Assembly (NCBI GenBank): GCA_039028615.1
Contig: JBCCHT010000024.1
Location: 64,001 to 128,000, forward strand
DNA: 64,000 nucleotides
Reading direction: 5' to 3'
Origin: Myxococcota bacterium
GTDB taxonomy: Bacteria; Myxococcota_A; Polyangia; Nannocystales; Nannocystaceae
Shown here: positions 28,059 to 37,449 of the stretch, in pieces
Position numbering within the stretch: position 1 is the stretch's first letter
Layout of the letters: the number at the start of each line of letters is the position of its first letter
Program-made: the position numbers and the translations under genes
Notes under the pieces: generated by a model
Told to the model about the DNA's origin: nothing
What the model saw: the letters and a program-made list of their open reading frames with translations, nothing else
The model's database searches: none

Positions 28059-30221
28059 ATGACGGGGCGGGGCCGGTTCGGACGCTGGATCTTCGCCCTG
28101 GCCATTGTCGGGGCGGGGTGTCGGTCCGACGAGGAGCCCGCGGCGGCGGACACTGGAACGTCCACGGGAGCCGCGGGAGACTCGACCGGGACCGTCGAGC
28201 CGGGGATGCCACCGCCGCCCCGACCCGAGACTCGTCACTGTCGTTTCGATGGCTGGGCGCCCGGCTTACTGCCGAGGGTCGAGCGCATCGATGTCGTCGA
28301 GACGGGCGTCGACTCGGTGTCCGCGCTGGCGGCGACCGGGGACGGCGAAGTGTGGCTGGGCTCGACCGCGGGGAGCATCTTTGCCGTCGACCCAAAGACC
28401 GGGGAGGCGACCGAGGCGCTGACGACCCTCGACGCCGCGGCGGTCACCGGTCTCGCTCGCCATGGCTCGTGGCTCTTCGTTCGCTCCGAGACGCAGGTGC
28501 CGGTGTCGGCCACCCGCGTCGACCGCTACGACCTGGTCGATGGCCATCCCGATCCCGCGAGCGTGGTGCGCGTGATTCGAGTTCTCCACCCGGACGCGGT
28601 GCGGGCCGGGGCCGGCCTGAGCATCGACGACCAAGGCCTCTTGCTGGTGCCGCTGGGTGATCACGCGGATGAGGCCGGGTCCGATGCCGCCCGCGATCCG
28701 ATGCAGGACGCGGGCAATGTGCTGCGGGTCGACGTCTCCGAGCTCGGCTCGGACTATGGCTACGCGATCCCGCCCGACAACCCGTGGGGCGACGAGACCT
28801 GGGCGGTGGGGCTGCGCGACCCGGCGGGTTGCACCGTCGATTCGGAGTCCGATGAGGTGTGGTGCGTGGACCGGGGCGAGTCGGTCTCCGAGGCCTCGAT
28901 GGTCTCCGCGTCCGCCGATCTGGGCTGGCCGGTCATCGAAGGCCGTACGTGCCTGCTGCCCAACAATGTCTGTGCGCGGTTCGACCTCGCGCCGCCGCAG
29001 CTGGTCTACGAGCACGATTCCGCCGGCTGCGGTGCGACGCCCGGGGCCGTGTATCGCGGCGGCGACCCGCTGTTGCAGGGCGCGTTGCTGATCGGGGATC
29101 GGTGCTCGGGAGAGCTATGGGGCGTTCGGGTCTCTACCGATGGGTCCCCCACCGTGCGGGCCAAAGTGGCGCAGTGGTCGACGCCACCGGTCGCCATCGA
29201 CGACGATGCCCAAGGTCAGCTGTGGGTCGTGGATGCGGCGGGAGCCTTGGGCCGGCTACGCTCCGTGCCGCTGGAAGGGGAGTTCCCCACCTCGATCTCC
29301 GAGAGCGGCTGCTTCGATCTGCTCGACCCGCTCACCGGGGCGGCCGACGTGGTGCCCTACGAGATCAACGCGCCGCTATGGACCGACGGCGCCGCCAAGG
29401 CGCGGGCGATCATCCTGCCCCCGGGTGAGCAGCTGGGCGTCCACGACGACGGCTCGCTCGAGTTCCCGCTGGGCACGACCATCCTCAAGACCTTCTCCTT
29501 TGCCTTCGACGATGCCCAGCCGGAGCAGAGGCGCCCCGTCGAGACCCGGGTGATGCTGCGCCGCGAGTACGGGTGGGAGTTCCACAGCTACCAGTGGAAC
29601 GAGGAGGGCACCGACGCGCAGCTGCTCGACGATCGGGTCTTGGTGGAGCTGCCACTGATGCGTGAAGGCGCGTTGAGCGAGCTTTCGTATGCGTTCCCGT
29701 CCCGGGCGACCTGCGCCGTGTGCCACGGCTCGGGCGAGGGCCGAGTGCTGGGGGCACGGCTCGATCAGATGTCGAGGGTCACCGACTACGGCACCGGTCC
29801 CATCGCGCAGCTCGAGGCGCTGTCCAGCATCGGGATGTTCGACCGCGACCTGCCCTCCACCACGCCGATCGCGAACTACGAAGACGAGGGCGAGTCGCTC
29901 GAGATTCGCACGCGAGCCTATCTGCACGCCAACTGCGGGCACTGCCACCGACCGGAGGGGTGGGTGCCCGAGGACCTCGAGATGGACCTGCGGTGGACCA
30001 CATCGCTTTTGGACACCGGCCTCTGCGATCCGGTGCAGTACGGCACGCCGCTGTTTCCCGTCGACCATCGCATCGCGCCGGGCGACCCCGAGCAGTCGCT
30101 GGTGTGGCTCCGGGCCTCCGACCGCGGCGACGCACAAATGCCGCCGACCGGGACCTTCATCGTCGACCCGGCGGCGGCAGTGATCGAGCAGTGGATCGAG
30201 TCGATCGACGACTGCCCCTGA
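28059..30221 (+). CDS. Lipoprotein: glucose/sorbosone-dehydrogenase-like propeller fused to a diheme c-type cytochrome domain
   Basis: VGAGC lipobox; GYAIPPDNPW, WAVGLRDP and DLGWP (GSDH-like); YEINAPLWTDGA; two CxxCH motifs (CAVCH, CGHCH). Confidence 0.8.
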   Translation: MTGRGRFGRWIFALAIVGAGCRSDEEPAAADTGTSTGAAGDSTGTVEPGMPPPPRPETRHCRFDGWAPGLLPRVERIDVVETGVDSVSALAATGDGEVWLGSTAGSIFAVDPKTGEATEALTTLDAAAVTGLARHGSWLFVRSETQVPVSATRVDRYDLVDGHPDPASVVRVIRVLHPDAVRAGAGLSIDDQGLLLVPLGDHADEAGSDAARDPMQDAGNVLRVDVSELGSDYGYAIPPDNPWGDETWAVGLRDPAGCTVDSESDEVWCVDRGESVSEASMVSASADLGWPVIEGRTCLLPNNVCARFDLAPPQLVYEHDSAGCGATPGAVYRGGDPLLQGALLIGDRCSGELWGVRVSTDGSPTVRAKVAQWSTPPVAIDDDAQGQLWVVDAAGALGRLRSVPLEGEFPTSISESGCFDLLDPLTGAADVVPYEINAPLWTDGAAKARAIILPPGEQLGVHDDGSLEFPLGTTILKTFSFAFDDAQPEQRRPVETRVMLRREYGWEFHSYQWNEEGTDAQLLDDRVLVELPLMREGALSELSYAFPSRATCAVCHGSGEGRVLGARLDQMSRVTDYGTGPIAQLEALSSIGMFDRDLPSTTPIANYEDEGESLEIRTRAYLHANCGHCHRPEGWVPEDLEMDLRWTTSLLDTGLCDPVQYGTPLFPVDHRIAPGDPEQSLVWLRASDRGDAQMPPTGTFIVDPAAAVIEQWIESIDDCP

Positions 30222-30230
30222 GCGCGAGGC

Positions 30231-30938
30231 TCAGCAGCCTTCGTTGTTGGCCCGGGTGGACCAGTCGTCGCGAGGCTCGGACGGATCGGTGATGCCCGCG
30301 CCCACGGCGTTGACCGAAGACAGGCACAGCGAGGGGTTGTGGGTGATGGCGAACAGGGCCCCGATGCGACGCAGGCTGCGGAGGCCGTCGATGTGCTCGA
30401 GCGAGTCGTTTTCGCGAATGATGAGGCTGGTGGCCACCGTGCTCAGCGAGCTCAGGCCGGAGATCTCGGTGAGCGCGGGGTTGCCCCGGATGATGAGGCT
30501 GTCGCCGATGCCGGTCAGCTCGTCGAGGCCGCCGATGGTGGCGAGCCCGGCGTTCTCCGAGATGATGACGCCGCCGCCGACCGTCTGCAGGGCATCGAGG
30601 CCGTCGAGATCGGTGAGGCCGTCGTTGCCGAAGATGGTGAGCTCGCCGCCGACTTGCTCGATGCAGCCGAGGGCGTCGAGGTTGGTGAATTCGGTGCGGT
30701 TGAGCTGCAGCTCGCCCTCGATGGCTCGGACCCCGTCGAGCGCGTCGAGGTCGGCCTGACTCTCGATGACGAGGTGACCGGAGAGGGTCGCGTCACCGCA
30801 GTTGAGGGGCGCGGGGCTGTCGTCGCCGCCGACCGAGCCTCCCTCGCCCTCCGAGCCGTCTGCACCACCGCCACCGCCGCACGCGAGGGTCAGTGAGAGG
30901 CTCAGGCCAAGTCCAATGCGGGTCGCTACGCGATGCAT
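30231..30938 (-). CDS. Lipoprotein with receptor-L-domain-like leucine-rich repeats
   Basis: LTLAC lipobox; repeats of VGGxLxIxxNxxLxxLxGLxxL. Confidence 0.78.
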   Translation of the reverse strand: MHRVATRIGLGLSLSLTLACGGGGGADGSEGEGGSVGGDDSPAPLNCGDATLSGHLVIESQADLDALDGVRAIEGELQLNRTEFTNLDALGCIEQVGGELTIFGNDGLTDLDGLDALQTVGGGVIISENAGLATIGGLDELTGIGDSLIIRGNPALTEISGLSSLSTVATSLIIRENDSLEHIDGLRSLRRIGALFAITHNPSLCLSSVNAVGAGITDPSEPRDDWSTRANNEGC

Positions 30939-31084
30939 GCGAGCCAGGGTCGCGCGGTTTGAGGGGAATGCCGGTCGGAGGCCTGATTTGGGGTGCACGA
31001 GTTCGAGACACGGCCAAACCCCGCCGAGGTTTCCCTCCGTGACGGGGTTTGGCCCCAGGTCGCGGACACCCGGTGGAGGCACGC

Positions 31085-32371
31085 TCACGGCTCGGGGCAG
31101 TGCGGCAGGCGAGGCGACGCCGGCTCGTTGGGAGGCTCCGCGTAGCCCACGGGCGGGACCTCCATGAAGCACTGCTCGGTGGTCGCCGCGTCGTCGTCGA
31201 ACTCGAAGCGCATGTAGCCGTAGCGGGGGATCCCGATGCCCTGGTACGCGCCGCCGGTCCCCACGATGACTTCCCGCAGGGTGACGTCGCCGACCGGAAT
31301 GTCCTCGTAGTCGCGCAGGGCGTGGCTATGCCCGGCCACCACCAGGTCGGCGCGCTCGCGGGCGAGCTCGACGAGCAGCGCGGCCGCGTCGTCTTCGCGG
31401 GACCAGCCCGCCCCCGTGAGCCCGGCGTAGGGCGGATGATGCATGCCCGCGACCAAGAACGTGGCCCCGTTGCGGTCGATGAGCTCGGGTACCCGCGCTT
31501 GCACCGAGGGCGCCACGCTGCCGCTGCCCGAGTCGAGCAGGGCGAGGCGGAGCCCGCAGATGTTGGCGGCATGATTGCCGGGCCCGAACTTGCGGTTGAA
31601 ATGCGGCCGCGTGGGTCGGTAGATGTCGTGGTTGCCGGGGGTCAGCGCGGTCGGGATCGGCAGCCGGCCGAGGACCTCGCCGATCGTCTCGAACTCGTCG
31701 TCGCGGGAGGCCTCGGTCAGGTCGCCCACGATCACCAAGCCCACCAGGGGGACGCCCTCGGCCAGGCTCGAGCGGGCATCTTCGGCGAGGCGGTCGGCGA
31801 TGCGCTCGAACTGGGTGGGGTTGGTCTGAATGTCGCCGACCACGGCCAGGCGATAGCGGCTCGGGCAGGCTCGGTCGCCGCGGATCCACCGGACCTGGCC
31901 CGGGGCGAGCACGAGGTCGAGCTCGCGCCGGGTGGAGTCCGTGCCCGGAATCTCGGTCTCGCCATCATCGCCGCTGAGGGTCACCGTCGCGGCGGGGTCG
32001 ACGTTGCTCAGCCGGACGTGGAGCGCGGTGTCGGTGGTGGCGTCTTCGGGAGCCCGGAGCGACAGGGCGAAGCGGCCGGGCGCGGCGATCCGGGCGTGGA
32101 TGGTGCCGTCGTCCAGCTCCTCGACCAGCCCGCGCGCGTCCCAGGTGTCGTCGGTGGTCACGTCCGGGTCTTGAAAGCGCAGCTCCGCGCCGGCCGAGCT
32201 CTGGAGGCGGGCGTGCACGTTCTCGGCGATGACGCGGCACTCGGCCTCCGCGTAGCTCGGCGAGCTGCAGTGGGGCTGTACGCAGCTTTGGGCGGCGAGC
32301 AGCGTCGCTCCGGTGAGCACCAGGCCCGCGGTGCAGGCGATGAGGCGTCGGGGGTAGAGCGGGTGCATCAT
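31085..32371 (-). CDS. Exported calcineurin-like metallophosphoesterase
   Basis: VGDIQ, GDLTE, PGNHD, MHHP and AGHSH motifs; signal peptide with Cys; ATGA overlap with the upstream gene. Confidence 0.85.
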   Translation of the reverse strand: MMHPLYPRRLIACTAGLVLTGATLLAAQSCVQPHCSSPSYAEAECRVIAENVHARLQSSAGAELRFQDPDVTTDDTWDARGLVEELDDGTIHARIAAPGRFALSLRAPEDATTDTALHVRLSNVDPAATVTLSGDDGETEIPGTDSTRRELDLVLAPGQVRWIRGDRACPSRYRLAVVGDIQTNPTQFERIADRLAEDARSSLAEGVPLVGLVIVGDLTEASRDDEFETIGEVLGRLPIPTALTPGNHDIYRPTRPHFNRKFGPGNHAANICGLRLALLDSGSGSVAPSVQARVPELIDRNGATFLVAGMHHPPYAGLTGAGWSREDDAAALLVELARERADLVVAGHSHALRDYEDIPVGDVTLREVIVGTGGAYQGIGIPRYGYMRFEFDDDAATTEQCFMEVPPVGYAEPPNEPASPRLPHCPEP

Positions 32372-33774
32372 CGAGAACTCCGGCGGCGAAGGGTGGGGTC
32401 GGGCGCCACGATGCCCAGCTCGAGGCCCAGGGTCGCCCCGCTGCCGAGGCGAGCGAAGGCCCCCAGCTGTGCGGCGACGGGAGAGCCGACCGGACGCAGG
32501 CGCGTCTGCCAGCCCACGTGCAGCGGGCCCATGAAGCCGATGACCGGGCCGAGGTTGAAGCCCTGGCCATCGAAGCGACTGTGGATGTAGCCCAGCGACA
32601 GCTGCCCGGTGGCGATGATGCTCCGCGTTCGGCCATCGCGGCGAGCGGGGGTCAGGGGCACGTCGATGTCGTACCAGGCCTCGGCGTACAGCGGTCCGAT
32701 CTGCGCGCCGCCACGTCGCAGCGCGTTGGAGCCGGGGTCGGAGAACGCCAGGTAGTCGAAGCGGGGCCCGAAGTAGGCGGTGAAGCGCTGGCGAGGAGAC
32801 AGGTGCCAGCGAGCGCCCACCGTGAGCGGCAGCAGCATGGTGCGCTCGACGAGGACGCTGTCGGCGGTGCCGGGATCGTAGCGCTCGCGGCGGACCTGCA
32901 CCTCCGGGCGAAAGCGCAGCTCGGCCGCGCCGAGTCGAGCCGAGCGCGAGAGGACCGGGTAGGGCAGGTTCACTGCCAAGTCGAAGCCCACGCCGATGCT
33001 GAGGTTGCGCTGGCGCTGCACGCTGGGGGCGGTGCCCTCTTGGCCGGGCGGGACCTCGGTGAACTGCGGGCGGGGGTCGACCTCGCGCTTCGGGTTCAGC
33101 CACCCGCCCACGTGCCCGAACAAGCGCAGGCGCCCGTGGTCTTCGGGCAGGAACAGGTTGGGCGCGACGCGGAGCGACATCGTGTGGGGGCGGCTCTCGT
33201 CGAGCACCAGCGGCCCGCGGTAGTCGTAGGCCAGCGACGCGGTGGACGGGCGCAGACGATCGGGGAGCGTGGCGCCATCGAGTCCCACGCGACCGGCGAG
33301 CGCTCCCGTCACGGCACCGACCCCGGCCAGTCCACCGAGGCCGGCGAGCAGCACGGCGGGGTCACTCTGGGTGAGGCGATCGCCGAGACCGAACATCAGG
33401 CCCGCCGCGATCGCGCCCGAGACCGCGCCGACCGAGAGCAACAGCGCGCGTGCGGGCCGGGCCCGAGTGCAGGGGGTGACGCCCTCGATGCACGCGGCCC
33501 ACCGGGTGCGGCGCTCCGCCGATTTCGAGCGGAACGACGGCGCAGGCTCGGGCGTCGAGGCGGTCTGTGGCTCCGTGGTGACGGGCGTCGATGCGGAGGT
33601 TGCCGGGTCGTCCGACGCTGCGGCCGTGCTTGGGCCGACGGCGAAGGTCGGCGTCCCGGACGGATGGAAGGTCAACGCACGAGGGGCGGGCTCGCTCGCG
33701 CTGACGCTCGCGGGCACCGTGAGCACTCCGACCACGAGCGACCCGAGGGCCGCGCGGAGCCGTGGAGTCCGCAC
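32368..33774 (-). CDS. Hypothetical exported or membrane protein, possibly an outer-membrane beta-barrel
   Basis: Signal-like N-terminus, two Gly-rich hydrophobic helices, then alternating amphipathic beta-strand patterns. Start uncertain (the ORF extends to 33888). Confidence 0.55.
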   Translation of the reverse strand: MRTPRLRAALGSLVVGVLTVPASVSASEPAPRALTFHPSGTPTFAVGPSTAAASDDPATSASTPVTTEPQTASTPEPAPSFRSKSAERRTRWAACIEGVTPCTRARPARALLLSVGAVSGAIAAGLMFGLGDRLTQSDPAVLLAGLGGLAGVGAVTGALAGRVGLDGATLPDRLRPSTASLAYDYRGPLVLDESRPHTMSLRVAPNLFLPEDHGRLRLFGHVGGWLNPKREVDPRPQFTEVPPGQEGTAPSVQRQRNLSIGVGFDLAVNLPYPVLSRSARLGAAELRFRPEVQVRRERYDPGTADSVLVERTMLLPLTVGARWHLSPRQRFTAYFGPRFDYLAFSDPGSNALRRGGAQIGPLYAEAWYDIDVPLTPARRDGRTRSIIATGQLSLGYIHSRFDGQGFNLGPVIGFMGPLHVGWQTRLRPVGSPVAAQLGAFARLGSGATLGLELGIVAPDPTLRRRSSR

Positions 33775-33899
33775 GCGTCGGGAGTCCGCACCCCTACCAC
33801 GCACGCCACTAGCGATATCACGGGCAGCGTCGGCATTTGAAGGACGAAGCTCGGAGCGCGTGGCGTCGTGGTGCAATCTCGCTATCATTTGAGACCGAG

Positions 33900-34478
33900 A
33901 TGCTCGACCTGAAAGCCAAGCTCGCCGCAGCCGGTCTGGTCACCAAGAAAGACGTTGCGCGGGCCGAGAAGGCCAAGCAAGGCGGTAAGCGCAAGAAGAA
34001 GCGCGGTGGCCGAGGCGGAGGCAAGGGCGACGGTGGCCCCTCGCGGCTGCGGATCAAGCAGCTCCGCGACAAGCCCAAGGGCGAGCAGTACGACGCCGTG
34101 CGCCGCTTCATCGAGCGGGTGCGCCTCGAAGACCCGGGGCGCCTGCCCACCGAAGCGGCCAAGCCCTTCCACTTCACCACCGCCAAGGGCCAGATCGGCC
34201 GCATGGTGCTCGAGCCCGAGGTTTACGGCTGGGTCACCGAGGGCGGGGCGGGGATCGTGGCGTTCATGTCCAACCACGGTTTGGCCCATGCGGCCGTGCC
34301 GGCCGCCGCGGCCCGGGACTTGGCCGAGCTGTTTCCCCTGTGGCTCCGCGTGCTCAAGGGGCACTCCGGGGCGGGGCAGCTCGAGCAGCCACCCGAGCCC
34401 GAGCCCGAAAACCGCACTGCAACAACCGCCGAGGATGCGGCGCCGTCGAGCCCCGCCGGGTCCTCCGACAACGACTGA
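33900..34478 (+). CDS. DUF2058/YaiL-like basic protein
   Basis: MLDLKAKLAAAGLVTKKD N-terminus and a Lys/Arg-rich stretch. Confidence 0.55.
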   Translation: MLDLKAKLAAAGLVTKKDVARAEKAKQGGKRKKKRGGRGGGKGDGGPSRLRIKQLRDKPKGEQYDAVRRFIERVRLEDPGRLPTEAAKPFHFTTAKGQIGRMVLEPEVYGWVTEGGAGIVAFMSNHGLAHAAVPAAAARDLAELFPLWLRVLKGHSGAGQLEQPPEPEPENRTATTAEDAAPSSPAGSSDND

Positions 34479-34482
34479 GCGT

Positions 34483-35433
34483 TCACGCCGGGTCGGTCGC
34501 TTGCGCCGCCCCGTGCCGCGTGGGCATGGCCAATGCGGCAAAGTGCTCGCGCACGTGAGCGACGAAGGCCCGCACGGCGGGGGCGAGGAAGCGCCCGGCC
34601 GGGTGTGTCACCCAGATCGGCACCGAGGCGGGGGCGATGCCGGGCAATACGACCTGAAGCTCGCCGCTGGCCAGGGCATCGTGGCAGACCAGCTCGGGCA
34701 GCACGGCCAGCCCCATCCCCGCGCGCGCGGCATCCCGGATCGCCGTCATGTGGTTGATCGCGATGCGTCCGTGGACCGGCACCGTCACCGGGCCGTCGGG
34801 GCCAGGCAGGGTCCAAGCGGCGGCGGACGACGTCGCCCCGAAGATCACACAGTCGTGGTCCGACAGCGCGTCGATGTCCTCGGGCGTGCCCCGTCGCTCG
34901 AGGTAGGCGGGACTGGCCACGATGTTGAAGGCCGAGTCCATCAGTTTGTGCGCCACCACGGACATGCTCGCCAGGGGGCCCGTGCTGATCGCGACGTCGA
35001 AGCCCTCCTCGATGATGTTCACGCTGCGACCGGTCAGCTCCATGTCGACGCGGACCTCGGGGAAGCGCTCGAGGAAGGGCATGATGACCCGCGTGGACAC
35101 CGTGTGCTCGACCGGGGCGGTGGCTCGCACCCGCCCCTTGGGGTTGGTCTGGGCGTCGGCGAGCATGTTCTCCGCCTCCTCGAGCTGGGCGAAGAAGCCG
35201 GTGCCGCGTTCGAAATACAGCTGGCCCGAGTCGGTGAGGCTGAGCTTGCGGGTCGTTCGCTGCAGCAGCCGCACGCCCAGCTGCTCCTCGAGCCGAGCCA
35301 CCCGGCGACTCACCGTCGAGGTGGGCACCTGCAGAGCGCGCCCTGCGGCCGTGAAGCTCCCCGAACGAACGACCTGCAAGAAGATGAGCACGTCATTGAG
35401 ATCGCGGTCGATCGACACGGCCATGGGACTCAT
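34483..35433 (-). CDS. LysR-family transcriptional regulator
   Basis: FLQVVRSGSFTAAGRALQVPTSTVSRRVARLEEQLGVRLLQRTTRKLSLT; EEGFDVAI. Confidence 0.95.
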   Translation of the reverse strand: MSPMAVSIDRDLNDVLIFLQVVRSGSFTAAGRALQVPTSTVSRRVARLEEQLGVRLLQRTTRKLSLTDSGQLYFERGTGFFAQLEEAENMLADAQTNPKGRVRATAPVEHTVSTRVIMPFLERFPEVRVDMELTGRSVNIIEEGFDVAISTGPLASMSVVAHKLMDSAFNIVASPAYLERRGTPEDIDALSDHDCVIFGATSSAAAWTLPGPDGPVTVPVHGRIAINHMTAIRDAARAGMGLAVLPELVCHDALASGELQVVLPGIAPASVPIWVTHPAGRFLAPAVRAFVAHVREHFAALAMPTRHGAAQATDPA

Positions 35434-35527
35434 CTCGCCCCATTTTCCGGGTCGGCGGCAAGGCCCCGGCCACGATCGCCTCGTGGCTCGGGAGAAGTCG
35501 CCGGCAAAGCGGCTACCAACGGGGCCG

Positions 35528-37054
35528 CTAGAGGCACTCGGCGTAGAGCGGGCCGACGCAGGCGTCGGTCTGCGACAGCGTGGTCGAGCCGAAGTACCCC
35601 GAGGTGAAGGTCGTGTCCGTGACGTTGAAGCTGGCCATTTCTGCCTTGTCCCCGTCGCGGACCACAGTGACGGCCGTGCCCGAGTCGGTGAAGTCGAGGG
35701 TCACCGTATAGGACTCGCCCTCTTCCCAGCCGTCGGTGGTGGTGTCGGCGGGGCCGAGGAGGACCTCGGACTGCTCGGTGTCGATGTCGCAGTACACGTC
35801 ACCGCCGACCAGGTCGTCGAAGGTCGCCGCTTCGACCCGCTTGACCGTGATCCCGCCCGGGATGTCGCAGCCGAAGTTCGTCTGCGTGCCCGCCTTCCAG
35901 CTCAGCGAATAGAAGTGCGAGCTGTCCTGAGCGCCCCAGACGAGGCCGATCATGTCGTTGTCGTTGTTGTCGTCGAGGACCTCGAGGGTGCCGCGTAGCC
36001 GCAGGTTGCCGACCTCCACCGTCTCGCACAGGTGCAGGCCGAAGTCGTTGTTGCCCAGCTCGCACGCCCGGGTGCCGCCCATGTCGTAGGTGATGGACGG
36101 GGGCGGGTACGCGTCGGAGAAGTCCGCACCGTACAAGGTGCAGTTGGTCTCGAGGTTGAGGGGAGCCGAGCTCACGACCAGGGCGCTGTCCTGGGCGGTG
36201 GTCTGCCCGTCGTCGACGGTGACGGTGTAGTTGCCGATCCCGCTGGGGCTCGCCTCGGTCATCGCCTGGTCGGGAGTGGCGAGCGACCCGTCGTCGGGCG
36301 TCCACGCGTAGGAATAGGTCCCCGTGCCGCCCGAGGCGGTGGCGACCAAGGTCACCGGATCCTTCGAGAAGTTGGCGCACTCGGGCGCGGCCTCGACGGT
36401 GAGGTAGTCGTTGCAGACCCCCGCGTCGCAGCCCATCGATAGACAGTCGCCTCCCACCACGCAGCCCTCGCCGGGCTCGCAGGTCGCTCCGCAGGGGCCA
36501 CCGCAGTCGACGTCGGTCTCGCCGCCATTGACCTCGCCGTCGCGGCAGCTGGGGGCGATGCACGTGTCGGTTCGGGAATCGCACGCCTGCGAGATGCAGT
36601 CGCCGTCCTCCAGGCAATCGTCGCCGTCGTCACAGCCGTCGCACTGCGGACCGCCGCAGTCGACGTCGGTCTCGCTGCCGTCCATCACGCCGTTGTTGCA
36701 GTCGCCGGGCTCTTCACAGGTGCCATTGCCCGCGCACGCGTTCGATTGGCAGTCGTCGGCGTCCATGCACCCCTCGCCGCCGCCGCACTTGTCCTGACAC
36801 GAGCCGCCGCAGTCGACGTCGGTCTCGTCCCCGTTCTGCACGCCGTCGTTGCAGCTGCCCGCGCCTCCGCTGCCGTCGTCGGCAGTGCCGGCGGTTGCAT
36901 CGTCGTTGCCTTCGGTGCCGCTGCCTCCGCCCGCTCCGGGGCAGACGCCTTCGACGACCTGGCCGAGCCCATCATCGAGGCACGGATCCGCACAGCCCGT
37001 GCTCGAACCCATCGCCAACACACTCGAGACCAAGATCGTCCGCTCTAGTCGCAT
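35528..37054 (-). CDS. Cys-rich lipoprotein with ETDVDCGG repeats and a thrombospondin C-terminal-like domain
   Basis: Three CxDGxxNGxETDVDCGG units, an Ig/PKD-like segment (GGTGTYSYAW), then DNDMIGLVWGAQDSSHFYSLSWK...GWEEGESY...DTTFTSGYFG...SQ. Confidence 0.75.
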   Translation of the reverse strand: MRLERTILVSSVLAMGSSTGCADPCLDDGLGQVVEGVCPGAGGGSGTEGNDDATAGTADDGSGGAGSCNDGVQNGDETDVDCGGSCQDKCGGGEGCMDADDCQSNACAGNGTCEEPGDCNNGVMDGSETDVDCGGPQCDGCDDGDDCLEDGDCISQACDSRTDTCIAPSCRDGEVNGGETDVDCGGPCGATCEPGEGCVVGGDCLSMGCDAGVCNDYLTVEAAPECANFSKDPVTLVATASGGTGTYSYAWTPDDGSLATPDQAMTEASPSGIGNYTVTVDDGQTTAQDSALVVSSAPLNLETNCTLYGADFSDAYPPPSITYDMGGTRACELGNNDFGLHLCETVEVGNLRLRGTLEVLDDNNDNDMIGLVWGAQDSSHFYSLSWKAGTQTNFGCDIPGGITVKRVEAATFDDLVGGDVYCDIDTEQSEVLLGPADTTTDGWEEGESYTVTLDFTDSGTAVTVVRDGDKAEMASFNVTDTTFTSGYFGSTTLSQTDACVGPLYAECL

Positions 37055-37449
37055 ATCCAAACTTCCCCATCCAAAAGGCCAGTTTCACTGTACGACGGTT
37101 CGACGCGCGCTCGGTTTGGTGTCCGCATGACGTACCGAACCGGAATTACGTCGACCAAAGACCATCGCTTTGTCAGCTCTTTTGGCTGCGGTCGATCGGC
37201 GAGTCGGTGAAACACTCGCGGGTCGATTGCGCTGGGCCCGGCACGAGTGCCGTTTTGGATCCCCATGCTGCGGTGGATCGACTCCGCGCCGTCCGTCGAT
37301 CGATCGCGCGCACGAGCGCGTGAACAGTCGTAGGCGGGGTATGGCGACAGTTGTCGCCACCCCCGGCGCCTGGAGGCCATCGAACTCGCCAACACCCCGG
37401 AACTACGTCGGTCGGCAACTGGTCCGCCGTTTGCCTCACCCAGCCGCCC

